Shown here: in pieces, positions 1-11,800 of the stretch
Layout: the number at the start of each line of letters is the position of its first letter
Position numbering within the stretch: position 1 is the stretch's first letter
Source of the DNA: a virus
Direction: 5' to 3' (one strand)
DNA length: 44,742 nucleotides
Virus record (IMG/VR): IMGVR_UViG_3300037474_000089
Translations under genes and position numbers: made by a program
Notes under the pieces: generated by a model
Databases searched by the model: none
Told to the model about the DNA's origin: nothing
The model's input: only the letters and a program-made list of their open reading frames with translations

Positions 1-127
1 AGTAACCAAAATCTGTCGTGGTTGATAAACGATCAACGGCTGCTGTAGCTACTGCTAAAGTAATCTTAGTACGGAAAGGATCAATCACATCACCGGATTG
101 ATTTCTTAATGCCGAAATAGATGTTAA
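1..127. repeat. Terminal overlap identical to 44616..44742; circular-assembly overlap, not a biological repeat
   Basis: I compared the first 127 nt (agtaaccaaaatctg...atagatgttaa) with the last 127 nt and they are identical. The overlap lies inside the capsid ORF and keeps its reading frame. Confidence 0.9.
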
Positions 128-811
128 AATATCGCGTTGAATTTCAGCATATGTTTTGGTTGACCATTGTGGTGTACCAGCGGCACCGTTTGCAACGGTA
201 ACGTAAGCTGGCAAACTTGGGTCATTCAAGAATCCATATGTTTGATTCGCGCCATTGTTATATCCAAAGAAACCAACCGCATTACGTTGAATTTCTAAAG
301 CTAATGCGCATGATTCTCGTTTTTCTTTAGAAGAATCAACTCGCATACGAGCACTACGTGCTTCTTCCAATCGATCAACTTGCATACCTTGCTCGAAACG
401 AACTACAGTACGATAGTTGAAATTGGTGTTCCAGCTAGCTTCCGGAACATTTTGCACGTCGCCGTAAGGACGAGCGCGGTTTGTTAATTCAACAATACCT
501 TGGACGACTTGTTCGTCTTCCCAGGAACCAACCGTGTCAATACCAACGAACTCATCGATGTTACGAGCTTGAGTGATTACATACACAAAACCAGGTAACC
601 ATTCTTGCAAGAATTGAAGAGGTGTTGCAATAGAAGCGGTTGTAACCGTAGCTTGGAGAGCATCCATAGCCCAGTTCGTCATTTGTTGCAATTCACGAGC
701 AGGTAAATGAATACCGAGCTTCGTTAAAGATTGATACTCTTTATGATCAAAATTCGCTAGGGCTGAAATACCTCGAGCCGGAAGCGAAGTGTGTATTCTT
801 GAGACTGTCAT
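1..811 (-). CDS. Major capsid protein, N-terminal part (DUF2184/HK97-fold type). It continues in 44332..44742 across the circular junction, about 364 aa in total.
   Basis: ATG at 811-809 begins MTVSRIHTSLPARGISALANFDHKEYQSL... and the frame stays open to base 1. Base 127 and base 44742 are both first codon positions, so the frame is continuous. The gene sits after scaffold and decoration-like genes. Confidence 0.75.
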   Translation of the reverse strand, partial: MTVSRIHTSLPARGISALANFDHKEYQSLTKLGIHLPARELQQMTNWAMDALQATVTTASIATPLQFLQEWLPGFVYVITQARNIDEFVGIDTVGSWEDEQVVQGIVELTNRARPYGDVQNVPEASWNTNFNYRTVVRFEQGMQVDRLEEARSARMRVDSSKEKRESCALALEIQRNAVGFFGYNNGANQTYGFLNDPSLPAYVTVANGAAGTPQWSTKTYAEIQRDILTSISALRNQSGDVIDPFRTKITLAVATAAVDRLSTTTDFGY

Positions 812-823
812 GTTATTTCACTC

Positions 824-1333
824 CTAAGCTAAAACGATTAATTTGGGATCAATGGTGATAACCGCTAATCCGGCTGCCGAAACTGTATAATAATTAACAT
901 AAGCATTGGCAAAAGTGCTACCTACGGGTACTGCCGTAACTGGAGTAATCGTGGAGATAGCGCCAGTCGTGTTATTGAATATCACGTAGTCGCCAATAGC
1001 TGCTGCTGCCGGCAATGTAACTACCATATCGCCCATGCTAACTATGTCAGCTTGAGTTTCGTTTGGTAAAGTCATGCTTGGAGTTAAAGTTTGTCCGCCT
1101 GTAGCAAACAATGCATATTGTTTGGGATCAGCTAGAAAACCGCAAAATACGCCAGTTCCACCAGCTTGAGCAATACCTTCACTCACTAATGTATAAGCTG
1201 TAGCTCCAATAATATTCAAAGATGAAGTTGTGGAACGTAAAATATAAGATTGAGCGCGGGTAGGACCATCGGTATACAGTTCACCTGGCACTCCAAATCC
1301 CGATAAGCGAGATACTGTAGTTTGAAAAGCCAT
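824..1333 (-). CDS. Head decoration/cement-like structural protein (169 aa)
   Basis: ORF lies between the scaffold-like gene and the capsid gene. It is Gly/Ala/Thr-rich and looks like a beta protein. The call rests on synteny only. Confidence 0.45.
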   Translation of the reverse strand: MAFQTTVSRLSGFGVPGELYTDGPTRAQSYILRSTTSSLNIIGATAYTLVSEGIAQAGGTGVFCGFLADPKQYALFATGGQTLTPSMTLPNETQADIVSMGDMVVTLPAAAAIGDYVIFNNTTGAISTITPVTAVPVGSTFANAYVNYYTVSAAGLAVITIDPKLIVLA

Positions 1334-1335
1334 GA

Positions 1336-2667
1336 TTATTTACCTCCATTAAGTGCATTAGCAATATATGCGTCAACTGAACTTGATGGTATGTCCACGT
1401 TGTCCATAGCCGCTTTTTTGTGAGATTCTTTCTTAGCGGCAGCTAAATAGCCTTCTAAAATTGAGGTCTCATGTCCTTTTTTGCAAGTTAAGCCTAATCT
1501 TTTAACGCCGTATTCTGCAACTTCTTTCAAAGTTTTATCAGAATGATCAAAAGTGCCTAAATGATACGATAATTTTTTAGCTAAAGAATCACGAGCTGAT
1601 AATTCTCTAAGTAATGATTTCTTAATCGCATCCCGTGAGTCCATTCCAGGTTTCTTCATGTCTCCTGGTTTTTCATCTTTCATTTCGACTTTTTCTTCTT
1701 CCTCTTCATCACCATCTTCTTCGATGTAGTCATCATCGTCTTCGGCTTTTTTCTCTTCTTTCTTTTCTTCATCTGGTTCAACATCAGCGGCTGCTTTGTT
1801 AGAACCCATCATTTGGTTCATGCATTCTTTCAATTCCTGAACTGCGGCATGGAGAGATTCTAGGGTAACTTCTTCATCCATTCCTTTTTTCTCTAACTCG
1901 AGATTATCTGCCATTTTCTTAAACTCCTTTGCGTCTAGTGTAATCCTAAAATCTGAATTTTTACTATCTAATACTGCCACGTCAGGACCTGCCCGGCCTT
2001 CATCAACTAAAGCTACATGGTTGCCCCTAATTTCACGCTGAATGGCATCATATGGTTGACCATTATACACCCCAGGCGTTAAATCATACAAGCACCTATA
2101 GCCAATGCTGAGTTCTTTTTTACCGCTTTTAATCAAATTCATTAATTTTTCAGAAAATACTTTAATGTTTCCATTTAGATATTCTCCGTCAAATTTTATC
2201 TCTTCTCCGATAACTCCTTGTACGCCTTTCTTTTCTGCCGGAGTTAATCCTTCTGAAGAAGATCCCAACATCACGTGGTCATCAATCCACGGTAATAAAC
2301 GGAAAGATTTTAATGTTTCTTCATTAGATAGTTCATCTGCTGGACGATAGACATTATATATTTTATCGGGGTCTAAGGATTCATGAATAGTTCTGCCAAA
2401 ATATGGAAAAACTCCAACTTTAGATAGAGGATTTTCTTTAATTTCATACCATCCGTTGACGTCAACTATTCTTTTTGAGTTAGATTCATCTGGAGTTTCT
2501 GACATACCAAAAGGTACAATGTTCTCACCAATAATGGGAGAATCTTTACCTTGACGTTGCTTACTGTACGCAATTGCAACAGCTTGTTTTTCTGGGTAAC
2601 CCGAATTAACCAATTCTGCAATATTTTGAGAAAGAATTTTCTTGCTTTTACCTTTCTTTAATGGCAT
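1336..2667 (-). CDS. Scaffolding/prohead-protease-like protein (DUF2213-like)
   Basis: I prefer the start at ATG 2667, preceded by GGAGAGGAAAT. N-terminus is MPLKKGKSKKILSQNIAELVNSGYPEKQAVAIAYS. It has a central acidic tract (EEDGDEEEEEK). Position is portal - MuF - this gene - capsid. Confidence 0.6.
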   Translation of the reverse strand: MPLKKGKSKKILSQNIAELVNSGYPEKQAVAIAYSKQRQGKDSPIIGENIVPFGMSETPDESNSKRIVDVNGWYEIKENPLSKVGVFPYFGRTIHESLDPDKIYNVYRPADELSNEETLKSFRLLPWIDDHVMLGSSSEGLTPAEKKGVQGVIGEEIKFDGEYLNGNIKVFSEKLMNLIKSGKKELSIGYRCLYDLTPGVYNGQPYDAIQREIRGNHVALVDEGRAGPDVAVLDSKNSDFRITLDAKEFKKMADNLELEKKGMDEEVTLESLHAAVQELKECMNQMMGSNKAAADVEPDEEKKEEKKAEDDDDYIEEDGDEEEEEKVEMKDEKPGDMKKPGMDSRDAIKKSLLRELSARDSLAKKLSYHLGTFDHSDKTLKEVAEYGVKRLGLTCKKGHETSILEGYLAAAKKESHKKAAMDNVDIPSSSVDAYIANALNGGK

Positions 2668-2668
2668 T

Positions 2669-3556
2669 TTATATTTCCTCTCCATCCTCAAATTCTATCA
2701 CTGGTAGCATGGTGCATCTACAATTAATGGCTTGTCCGGGAAATTGACCATTAACAAATCCCTCTTCACCTTTAAGCGGCAGATCATTAAAACTAAATAT
2801 TTTACCATCTAGTTTCATATGGGAAATTCTCGGATGCTGACCGCCACCTGAATGAATCCATTCGAATTTTTTGACGCCTATGGACTGCATTCTTTGTTTA
2901 TTAATTGTATTATAGGCTTTTCTTGTTTGATCTAAAGCCAATAATGACACACGTCGGTCAGTTTGTCCACTGTACTTTTTTATCTCTGGTTCTAAATCTG
3001 CTAACCCGTTACCAGTAGTTATCGAACGCATTACTGCCCCCGATACTTTATCTAAATATTCTGAAGGGATAGATTTTATTAAAGATACATTTTCATTTAT
3101 TATCGCCTGACTTACGTCTTCCATCCCTTTTGGTACGACACCTGTGTTCAATGCCACTCCGCCACTCAACTGTTTCAAACTAGTTTTAAGAGTAGACTGA
3201 CTTGTCTTTAGTGAGTTAGATAGCATTCCTTCAGCTAACTCAGTAGCTTTCGAGCTGAATAGTTTTTCAAACTTTTTCATCAGCTCATTTAATAATTTTT
3301 TGGATTTTGAAGACACGCTTGCGTCAGTGGCAGCTTTTCTTTGTTGCTTAAAGAATTCTTTAGAATTCTCGGTTCTAAATAAATCTAATACTCTTCTTTG
3401 TACTTCTGACACCATGGATCGCGTTAGCTTCATTAGTTCTCTTTTATATTTAAGTTGATCGCTCACATTATAGTTTAAACGAGTTCCCTTGAGGGCAACA
3501 GTTCTTTTGCCTACCCATTGAGACTTCTTATCTGTGAGCTTGATCTTATTATTCAT
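2669..3556 (-). CDS. Head morphogenesis protein, Mu F / SPP1 gp7-like
   Basis: C-terminal region [20 protein letters not shown]...[13 protein letters not shown] is typical of this family. The gene lies directly downstream of the portal gene. Confidence 0.8.
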   Translation of the reverse strand: MNNKIKLTDKKSQWVGKRTVALKGTRLNYNVSDQLKYKRELMKLTRSMVSEVQRRVLDLFRTENSKEFFKQQRKAATDASVSSKSKKLLNELMKKFEKLFSSKATELAEGMLSNSLKTSQSTLKTSLKQLSGGVALNTGVVPKGMEDVSQAIINENVSLIKSIPSEYLDKVSGAVMRSITTGNGLADLEPEIKKYSGQTDRRVSLLALDQTRKAYNTINKQRMQSIGVKKFEWIHSGGGQHPRISHMKLDGKIFSFNDLPLKGEEGFVNGQFPGQAINCRCTMLPVIEFEDGEEI

Positions 3557-5075
3557 TCTCTAATTCTTCTTGATAATCTTCATCTGGCTCAAATCCTTCT
3601 TCATGTACTAATCCATTATACCCAGAGTCCGGGTCATTTATTATTCTTTTTCTTTCATCTTCTCCATTTATTGCCCCGCTGTTAACCAGAACTTGGCCGG
3701 TTTCAGCTTTTGCTTTATTAACTAAAGCTTGCTCTTCTTCTGTCATTGCATCCAGTTTAGTCCACATGATATGGGTATCAACTGGTTCAATTCCCAAACT
3801 TGGGGCAATCTCGGAGTGCATTAATAATAAATGATGTCTTTGAACTAAAGCTGTTGCAGATTCTTGCAAAGTTTCCAAAAACTCATGATAGCTTGATTCT
3901 TCATGCTCACCAGTTGCGTTAAACCCTTTTGGGCTAGTGCCTAATAATTTGGCAGCCGGTACGTTGGAAGCCGCCGCGACTATTTGATATTGAGTCATTA
4001 TCACTGCATCTAATTCAGCTAATGAAACATCAAATTGCTGGTATTCTTCTGTTTCATCAATTGCAAAAATCCCATAGTTATCTTGGATTTCCGTATTGCA
4101 TTGCATTCTTTTCTGAAAGTTCCCTATGTTAGCTAAGGCTTGACTCATGTCTGTTTTTATAACTTTCATCCTTTTTGTCATTGCTAACATTGGTGCTTCA
4201 TTTGCGGTACGCTCTGCCGCGTATACTCTTTCATATATCTTCTGTGGGATTGGCACGCCGCCGTACATGTAAGTAGGTTTTAAAATATCTGAAAGTTCTT
4301 CTGTTTTATAAATAATCAAGTGGCTTCTATGAATTAAAGTTCCGTTTATCTGCCACCAGGTTGGTTCATAAAAATATTCGCTCGCTGGATTACCAGCAGC
4401 CTCATCATCTAATAAAAATGACATCCAGTAAGGGTCAATTTGGGAAATACCCTTATATGAACCAGGAGTAACCCCATCTATATTAAAAGGCTTGTAATAG
4501 TATTCGGGGTCATCAGAATCAACTATGAACATTGCGACCCTAATACCAAAAACTCTTCCCATTTGAAGGAATTGCACGAGATTGTGATTAAGATTATATT
4601 TTAAATCTCCATCTCTGAAAGCATTGATTACTTCTGGATCAAGTTCTTCACCATCATTAGAAGTTGTTTCATAACCTTTTCTTATGGCATCTTGAGCGGG
4701 CATTAAGCAAGCTTTACTAATAAGCCAATGCTGAGCAAGCAACGCGGCATTTTGATATCCAATAAATCCTTGAGATGCGTACCACAGAAGAACAGATTCT
4801 GACATTCCGGTAGCATTACTGACCGATTTAAAAGAACCTATCGCTGAATCTGTAACATTTTTAGCTAAAGTTTTAGCGGAGTCCATAGCGACAGTGGTAG
4901 AGGCTTTTATATTTTTTTGGTTCAAAGGGGTAAATGTTTTGCTCAATAGCCCTTCTATTTCCATTTTTCTAGAAAGATCATCTTTGGTAAAATCAGTGGT
5001 GAAAATCTTCCTTTCTGGTTTCTTATCTTCCACTGGTTTATTCTTTTTTCTAAAAATATTTTTAAGGAATTGCAT
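3549..5075 (-). CDS. Portal protein (DUF1073-like)
   Basis: 508-aa ORF immediately after terL with a 14-nt overlap, and an acidic C-terminus. Size and synteny are typical of a portal. Confidence 0.8.
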   Translation of the reverse strand: MQFLKNIFRKKNKPVEDKKPERKIFTTDFTKDDLSRKMEIEGLLSKTFTPLNQKNIKASTTVAMDSAKTLAKNVTDSAIGSFKSVSNATGMSESVLLWYASQGFIGYQNAALLAQHWLISKACLMPAQDAIRKGYETTSNDGEELDPEVINAFRDGDLKYNLNHNLVQFLQMGRVFGIRVAMFIVDSDDPEYYYKPFNIDGVTPGSYKGISQIDPYWMSFLLDDEAAGNPASEYFYEPTWWQINGTLIHRSHLIIYKTEELSDILKPTYMYGGVPIPQKIYERVYAAERTANEAPMLAMTKRMKVIKTDMSQALANIGNFQKRMQCNTEIQDNYGIFAIDETEEYQQFDVSLAELDAVIMTQYQIVAAASNVPAAKLLGTSPKGFNATGEHEESSYHEFLETLQESATALVQRHHLLLMHSEIAPSLGIEPVDTHIMWTKLDAMTEEEQALVNKAKAETGQVLVNSGAINGEDERKRIINDPDSGYNGLVHEEGFEPDEDYQEELENE

Positions 5076-6690
5076 CGAACATACCTCCGCCTCTTTTTTT
5101 CGATGGTGAAAAAGCTATCATAACAGCATCTGCAAGATTTGGCGATGCCACTCCATCTGGAGTTTTGTCAACGATAATTTTTCCGACGTTATTTTGTTTA
5201 TAGGTTGGTCTTGATAATTCAATAGTCAACTTAGTAAGTTCTGGTAATTCTTTAGGTATACTTATGATATTATCGGGATCATATTCTGTCCCTTCAGTTA
5301 CTGCACGATGTGTATTTTGGAATCTTAATCTTAGCGACCACCACGCTTGTGCTTTTGCATTAGCGAAGAAGTCAAAATTAGTTCGGCCCTTCCCTGGGCC
5401 CCGAGCTTGTCCTTGTTTCAAATATGGGTCTTTATCTGGGTCGACAACTTCTCCAGACCCTCTGAAACCATTGAAGCGTATTTCTGATAGTTTTTGATTA
5501 TCTCGTCTTGCGTTAATAACTCTAGCGTCTCCTCTAACACCGGCACCCAGACCGTCTGCGTCATATAACACGCTAGCATAATCCAGAATATCGCATAAAG
5601 TAAAAACTTTTTCAACACTTTTGAATATGTCTTCGCCTTTTCCAGACCATGACTCAATATATTCGAGTAGTATTCCAAACCTGCCGCAGAAAGCATTTTT
5701 ATCTTTTCCTTCATCAGCAACGTCCATCCCAGCAATTCTAATGCCGGACGGTACTATATTTAACTTCTTATGGGCATCGATAGCGGATTGTACCCATGAA
5801 CTAGGAATGAGCACTCCTTCGATTGAAGCAGAATAGTCTAAATCTATCTCTTGTGCAATTACTACTGGATCATCGAGTTGCTCGCATATTCTTTTGTACC
5901 AAGCATCATTTTTGCGAGGATCATCTCTCCAATGCAAAGTGAATACTGATACTTTTCCAGACCATCTTTTTTGAGCAAAAGGGTTATTCATGCCTCTGGG
6001 GGTGCTGATATCAATCCTGCAATTCGTGGTGTTAGATAAAGATGCTTCAACGGAATTTGGTCTTGGCAACCAAGCCGCCTCATCTACAAAATAAATAGCC
6101 CGTCGATCTCCTCGTCCAATACCGTCGCCCGCTTCACCTGACATAATTGCATTCGTGCCAGGAAATGAAATCCTCATGTGTGCGCAATGCTTTCTCTTAT
6201 CCCATCCGTTCTTAAATTCTGGAGGAAGAAGGTTTATGAACTGTCGTGCTTTTTCGAAGATAGATTTAGGGTCGCCACGTTGATCTACATATTCTTCTTT
6301 TCTGCTTCCGAAACCAATTGCCATGCCGTCGTAGAATAAGCACATGGTACAAGCGAAAGCCACTGAGAGCCAGCTAAGCCCCATATCTCGGCTCTTATCG
6401 CTAATTCCTCTCTCTCCTCCTTTCCATTTCTCCATTGCCCACTGCACCCATTCTTCTTGTTTAGGGAATAATAGAAACGGCACATTAGCAGGAAGTCCTC
6501 TTTCGACATTTCTTGGGTCGCTAGTGCACCCCCAATCGATTATAAATTGAGAAGGATTTTCTTTGTAGAATAGTTTTAAAGCAGATAGTGATTCTGGTTT
6601 CTTACGAAGATTATCAAGGCATTCCAATCTATGCTGAAATACCTTGATGTAATCTGGGTTTTTGAAATCAAACTCAAAAGGGATTGGCAT
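5062..6690 (-). CDS. terL: Terminase large subunit
   Basis: 542 aa. The N-terminal ATPase region contains [13 protein letters not shown] and [13 protein letters not shown], followed by a C-terminal nuclease region. It lies upstream of the portal gene. Confidence 0.88.
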   Translation of the reverse strand: MPIPFEFDFKNPDYIKVFQHRLECLDNLRKKPESLSALKLFYKENPSQFIIDWGCTSDPRNVERGLPANVPFLLFPKQEEWVQWAMEKWKGGERGISDKSRDMGLSWLSVAFACTMCLFYDGMAIGFGSRKEEYVDQRGDPKSIFEKARQFINLLPPEFKNGWDKRKHCAHMRISFPGTNAIMSGEAGDGIGRGDRRAIYFVDEAAWLPRPNSVEASLSNTTNCRIDISTPRGMNNPFAQKRWSGKVSVFTLHWRDDPRKNDAWYKRICEQLDDPVVIAQEIDLDYSASIEGVLIPSSWVQSAIDAHKKLNIVPSGIRIAGMDVADEGKDKNAFCGRFGILLEYIESWSGKGEDIFKSVEKVFTLCDILDYASVLYDADGLGAGVRGDARVINARRDNQKLSEIRFNGFRGSGEVVDPDKDPYLKQGQARGPGKGRTNFDFFANAKAQAWWSLRLRFQNTHRAVTEGTEYDPDNIISIPKELPELTKLTIELSRPTYKQNNVGKIIVDKTPDGVASPNLADAVMIAFSPSKKRGGGMFDAIP

Positions 6691-6905
6691 TACTCAGCCT
6701 TATCAGCTTCCTCTTTTGCTTTTTGTTCAGCTTCAAGTTTTTCTCTTTGTAACTTAGCATGAGAATCTTGAATAGAGGAATTCAATTTACTACGCACGGA
6801 GTCTACATACTTTTGCGGCAAATTGATGCTAGCTTCGTTTATTAATGTTCCGATTTCTTGCAATAAGCTAAATTTAAGTTCAACAATAAAATCATTATTA
6901 TCCAT
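6690..6905 (-). CDS. Small coiled-coil protein translationally coupled to terL; possible packaging accessory or small terminase
   Basis: Its TAA stop shares one base with the terL ATG (TAATG at 6688-6692). RBS is GAGGAAAAT. The C-terminus is Lys/Glu-rich. Confidence 0.5.
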   Translation of the reverse strand: MDNNDFIVELKFSLLQEIGTLINEASINLPQKYVDSVRSKLNSSIQDSHAKLQREKLEAEQKAKEEADKAE

Positions 6906-6936
6906 ATTTTCCTCGAAAATAGTTATTTATACACCT

Positions 6937-6965
6937 ATTATATACCATCTATAGATTAGAGTCTA
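6937..6965 (-). promoter_or_regulatory. Sigma70-like promoter for the packaging/head operon (TAGACT-17-TATAAT)
   Basis: On the minus strand the -35 is 6965-6960 and the -10 is 6942-6937. It lies just after the stop of the upstream fibre-cassette ORF. Confidence 0.4.
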
Positions 6966-7484
6966 CTAATAAACTTCAAGTATTGAAGAAATTGAAGTTA
7001 CGCCTGTTCCTGAAGCCATCAAACGATAAGTAGCTCCGGCTGGAACAAAAAAACTCAAAGTGTTAGATGCTCCCGATAAGGCCAATGCTCCTAACCCCCA
7101 TTGAGCGATTGTCACGTACCCGGAACCAGTGTCGACTTGAGCCGTAATAAGACTGCTTTGTAATACAGTAATAGAAATACCAACAAGGGCATTGACATGG
7201 GAATCCTTACTGACACTTGGAATACGCGGAGAATTAAATGCGGGGCTACTAACTGAATGAATAGTTTTATTTGCTGGGGGTGCACCACTGAGTGTAGCCC
7301 AATACATCCACTCTAAATCAGTATTATCGCTATTTGGAGCTGAGGTACAAAACCAAAGAGTATTATTTACATAATTTCTCCAAAATATACCATATTGTAT
7401 AATACCATCCCACGGTTCTGAAGCACCTGGATTATGGTCTGCCGTTAAACCGCCACTGTACCAATCGTATGTTGGGTTAGCCAT
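6966..7484 (-). CDS. Fibre-cassette protein, unknown (172 aa), possibly receptor-binding/adhesin
   Basis: Last ORF of the fibre cassette. It is Trp/Asn-rich at the N-terminus and Ser/Gly/Thr-rich in the C-terminal half. Confidence 0.4.
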   Translation of the reverse strand: MANPTYDWYSGGLTADHNPGASEPWDGIIQYGIFWRNYVNNTLWFCTSAPNSDNTDLEWMYWATLSGAPPANKTIHSVSSPAFNSPRIPSVSKDSHVNALVGISITVLQSSLITAQVDTGSGYVTIAQWGLGALALSGASNTLSFFVPAGATYRLMASGTGVTSISSILEVY

Positions 7485-7496
7485 TTTTTAAATCCT

Positions 7497-7961
7497 CTAT
7501 CCTATGTATCTAACAAAAAACCAACTGATGTAAGGCGCATTGCCCCCCGCAATTCCTACGGAGGCCGTACTTCCATTATTCAATTGGGCTGACATACTCA
7601 AAGTGTCTCCTGCCGCGGCAGTAACTACATTCATTCCATTTGTGCAAAAAGTATTGCTGAGTGTTTTAGAAGCGGTTGTTGCATATTCAGATATTCGATA
7701 CGCAAATCCACTTTGATTTAAAGTTGCAAGATTTCCATTTGCGCCATTTATTATGGTGGTATATTTAAAAGAGCCGCAAAGTAAGTAATTTCCGGCTACT
7801 GGAACTGTATATAAACCTGTTGCTGTATTGTAACCAGACCCAAATAAAACAGTGTCAAATTTAATGACATATGTTGTCCCATTTCCAGTCACGTTTGATA
7901 CGGGCGTATTTAAATAAGCAAACATTGCCGGGACTGTATCCCTAATTAAAATACTTGTCAT
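7497..7961 (-). CDS. C1q/TNF-like jelly-roll domain protein, paralog 3
   Basis: I prefer the start MTSILIRD (ATG 7961). The stretch FAYLNTPVSNVTGNGTTYVIKFDTVLFGSGYNTATGLYTVPVAGNYLLCGSF ... AAGDTLSMS ... ISWFFVRYI follows the C1q globular-domain pattern F-x5-N-x4-Y-x6-F-x5-G-x-Y-x-F. Confidence 0.7.
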   Translation of the reverse strand: MTSILIRDTVPAMFAYLNTPVSNVTGNGTTYVIKFDTVLFGSGYNTATGLYTVPVAGNYLLCGSFKYTTIINGANGNLATLNQSGFAYRISEYATTASKTLSNTFCTNGMNVVTAAAGDTLSMSAQLNNGSTASVGIAGGNAPYISWFFVRYIG

Positions 7962-8398
7962 TAAAATAACCTCGTTGCTTGACACCATCCAAATACCCCT
8001 GCTACTTGGGTAGATCCTGATATCTGTAAAGTAACAGTAGCTGTATCGCCTGCTGCCATTGGCGCAATAACATATCCCGCTATAGATGAAACAACTGCCT
8101 GACTTCGTATTGCGCCGACATTATAATTAGCAAATGTAAATGTTCTTTGAGTAGTTACTAAATTACATATAGCATTTGTCATTGATGAATTCGTATTTGA
8201 AAAACTAGGGTAATTGCAAAATAAAAAGACTCCTGCAACAGTGCACGTAAATACTCCAGTTGCAATAACGATACCAGAACCCTGAGATAATGTATTGTAA
8301 ACATAAGTGTATACAGTACCATTCCCTGTAACGTTGGCTACACCAGATTGAACTACAACAAATCTTTGGGCAGTATCAGTGCTTACTATATTAGTCAT
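7961..8398 (-). CDS. C1q/TNF-like jelly-roll domain protein, paralog 2
   Basis: MTNIVSTD...ANVTGNGTVYTYVYNTLSQGSGIVIATGVFTCTVAGVFLFC...AAGDTATVTL. Its start overlaps the upstream stop as TAATG. Confidence 0.7.
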   Translation of the reverse strand: MTNIVSTDTAQRFVVVQSGVANVTGNGTVYTYVYNTLSQGSGIVIATGVFTCTVAGVFLFCNYPSFSNTNSSMTNAICNLVTTQRTFTFANYNVGAIRSQAVVSSIAGYVIAPMAAGDTATVTLQISGSTQVAGVFGWCQATRLF

Positions 8399-8847
8399 TA
8401 TGGTAGCCTCACTATTGATAAAGTGCTTAAAGTATCAAAACTTAATGTTTTTGTACTTCCACTTATCAGTATATTCCATTGAGCCGTATCATTAACCGCC
8501 ATTCTTACTGGTACAACACATGGTGTAAGGGTAGTGGAATTAGAGGGGTTACGGTAGTTACCTATTCTAAATTCGCACGTTTGAAAACTTCCCCCAGTTG
8601 CTACTAGGGTTGCAGTACAGAAAGTAAAAGAAGCAGTCAAATTGCTAATTTGGACTACTGGAGTAAATAAATAATCTCCAGCTACTGGACAAGTAAAAAC
8701 CCCTGTGCTCGTATTATATCCGCTACCATAAACTACGTTATTCCAAACCAAAGTGTAAACTGTTCCGTCTCCAGTAACGTTAGTTGCTGCAGATGTAAGT
8801 GTTGCAAGTAAACTAGTATTTGATGAACCATTTACAATATTAGTCAT
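8398..8847 (-). CDS. C1q/TNF-like jelly-roll domain protein, paralog 1
   Basis: I prefer the start MTNIVNGSS (ATG 8847-8845), which overlaps the fibre gene stop as TAATG. Sequence includes TNVTGDGTVYTLVWNNVVYGSGYNTSTGVFTCPVAGDYLF. Confidence 0.7.
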   Translation of the reverse strand: MTNIVNGSSNTSLLATLTSAATNVTGDGTVYTLVWNNVVYGSGYNTSTGVFTCPVAGDYLFTPVVQISNLTASFTFCTATLVATGGSFQTCEFRIGNYRNPSNSTTLTPCVVPVRMAVNDTAQWNILISGSTKTLSFDTLSTLSIVRLP

Positions 8848-11800
8848 TAAGCCACCGTTAAGTTTAAACCAGCTGCAGGATACACTACCCATAAACCAGA
8901 CGCTTCGTCAGTTAATGTCGCACAATCAACGGCTGATCCAACGGTTGAAGTTAGAGTACTTCCAGCTGCTCCTAATGCTCCCATAAACTGTATCTTGTCC
9001 GTACCATTAGCAGTTATCTTCCATCCAGAAGTACTTGCCGTAGTGAGAGACACTAAAACTATTTGTTTCCCGCTACCAGTAGCCGCAGGTAATGTGTATG
9101 CACATTGGCCGCCAGAGTAATTATTAATATAACGAGTATTGACTGCCATTGCTTGGCTTGAACCTGTAACTACTACTCTTGCAGTAATACCGTAACTAGG
9201 AACGCTGGTAAACGCTCCACTTCCGTCTGTAGCTACGATAGAAGAAGCACTTACTGAATTTACATAGAACTTACCTAAAGAATCAGCAGTCCATGCAGTA
9301 ACCCACGATATCGTGCTACCTTGTGCAACTCCGGCTTCACATTCTAATACAAATAAATCAAAGCTTTTGTTAAGTCTAAAGTTACTTCCACCACTATAAG
9401 ATGACCTAGAAAAAGTTCCATCAAAATAACAATCAAAATTTAAGTATTGTGTACCGTGCGCATAAGCTACAAGGTTAACTAAGGGAAATCCATCGGTTTG
9501 CGTATATAAATTTATCGAACTGTTTGTTGTTGTATTATTACCGACAATATTTAATCTTGCAGCTTGAGTTAAAGTAGGGGGAGCAACTGAGTTCAACATT
9601 AACTGCGCTAAATCAAAGCTACCTCCACTAGCAGTGGTGATCGTGCCACTAACTCTCGCCATTATTGTGTTATCAGTTACAAATGGAATATCGATAGCAC
9701 CAGCGGCTTGCATTTGAAAACCTATTGCTGGAACGATCGGTGTTCCTGCGCTTCCACTGGTAGCGCTCTTAAAGAATATTCCGCTTGGTCCAACTTCAAC
9801 AGTAAATGCATTACCTGTTCCGTTGAATTTATAGGTAGCTAAACCTCCATCCCAATCTAAATTGTAAGATAAGAATCCCGTTCCTGCCGAAGTAACACCA
9901 ATATTACGTCCTGAACCACCTAAGCTAATGTAATCTCCATCGGATAATACAGGAGCAAAAATCATAGGTGCTACGGTTCCCAATAGAGGCCCGCCACTTC
10001 CACCATTGTTAAAAGTCAAGCCACCTAAAGTATAGAAACCAGTAGCACTATCAACATTTCTTCCAGAATCAACGGCCAATAAAGAACTGTTATTAGTTAG
10101 GTATGGCAACTGAATAAAACCATCATTCTTAAGAAGAAAGCTAGTACTTAAAGATGCTGTTGCACCCCCTACTCCGCTCTGTTGCCTTTTTAAAGCAATC
10201 CCAGCCGAACCAATTTCAGCGACAAAGACATCTCCAGAGGATGATACTTGGTAAGTAGCAATGCCTGCATTGTAATTAGCATTGTACGTTAGGAACATTA
10301 ACCCTGTTTGGAAACCAATGTTTCTACCAGAACCTGCTAAATTTAGAAGGTTACCTGCGCCATAATTTGCGCTAAATGAAATAGCTGGTGTTGTAGTATT
10401 TAATGCTGAAGAACTAGTTCCTAGTCTTAGGGTTTCTAAATTACCGCCTTGGGGAATGGTCACTCTTCCTGCGGAGTCTATCTCCATGCCGAGCGTAGTG
10501 CTTATTATATTACCTTGAGCTCCAGTACCATATAGGAAGTTAAGATGACCTGAGCTTTTATTAATTTGCCAAGCGATAGCACCCGTTGATGCGCGAAGAA
10601 ATGACCCATCATAGTAGCAGTCAAAATTTAAATCGATACTATCGTGATTTAACGGCGAAATATTCAACAAGGGATAATTGTCAGTATCATTATACCAATT
10701 TTGCGCATTAGCCCCCGCGGTTCCGGCTGCATACAGATTCAACATTTTTGGAGAAACTAAAGACGTTGGGGGTGTTATACCAAAGTAAATTCCCGAATCT
10801 CCCTGTTTCACGAATCCAGATAGCGCTAAACCTGAGTCTTGTAACTTACCTCCAACTGTGTTGAAAGTAGCCACATTGCCAACAACTACTGGGAGCGCAT
10901 TTACGTTTTGAAAAGTTGTTCCGCCATCTTGGCTGGCATACCAATTCAATGCACCTTGTGCAAGATTATCGGTAGACGCAAATCCCCCAAATTGGGAAGT
11001 ATCTAATATGGTTACAGCTCCACGTAAGATGACAACTGGATCTGCTGTTGCGCTATCGTTTGATATCCAGAATTGAATTGATTCACTTGGCCCCGTGACT
11101 GGTAGATTATAAGTCAAGCTTATTTCTTGAGGTCCTGGTGCACCACCCGGATCTAAGGTAACCGTAGTGATTGCAGGAGTAGTGAGCGATGGGCTACCAG
11201 CGATTACTAAGTAAATCGAATATGTTTGAGTAAGCACGCTTGATGTTCGAAGAGTGAACACCGCGTCAACTTTTATCTGTCTCAAAGCGGCTGTCAGAAA
11301 ATTGACATTGAATGAATCTGCAACTAGCGTTCCGTTAAAATTGTTCTGATAAATGACATGCATGTTATCAGATAGAATGGGGGTAGCGGTGAAGGGAGCT
11401 GAGAACACCGTGTCCATTGCGTTATTAGATATGTAAAAATTGCATTGTCCTGACGTAACGGCAGAAGGGCCGCTGGTAGCAGCGATAGCAATTGTACCGT
11501 CCCCATTATTGATAATGCTGACATTCGCTCCAGGTAGAACTTTACCAACCGTTAGCATGTTTAAAAACTGAGTGCCGTCCCATTGGTCGACACTTTGGAA
11601 ATCTGTGTTGTAAACCATTAAACCGCTGTCAGTAAGATCTAAAGTTGTGCCTAAGGCACTTTCATCAGTCACACTCATTCTAGGGAAAGGGAGTGTTCCC
11701 TGGGTAGTAGAATCTACTTGGAACGAAGCATTGGGATTTGCTGTCCCCATGTTTATTCCAAAAGTACCATTTATAAAATTCAAGTTCCCAGCAGAAATAT

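Noticed and set aside
1-127. Genuine direct terminal repeat of the virion DNA
   Set aside because: The repeat lies inside, and in frame with, the major capsid ORF. It is better explained as an assembler overlap on a circular or permuted genome.
5264-6550. Track ORFs 5264-5497(+), 5418-5735(-), 5621-5836(+), 6285-6509(-) and 6344-6550(+) inside terL
   Set aside because: They lie entirely within the well-supported terL frame, lack RBSs and have low-complexity or odd composition. They are shadow ORFs.
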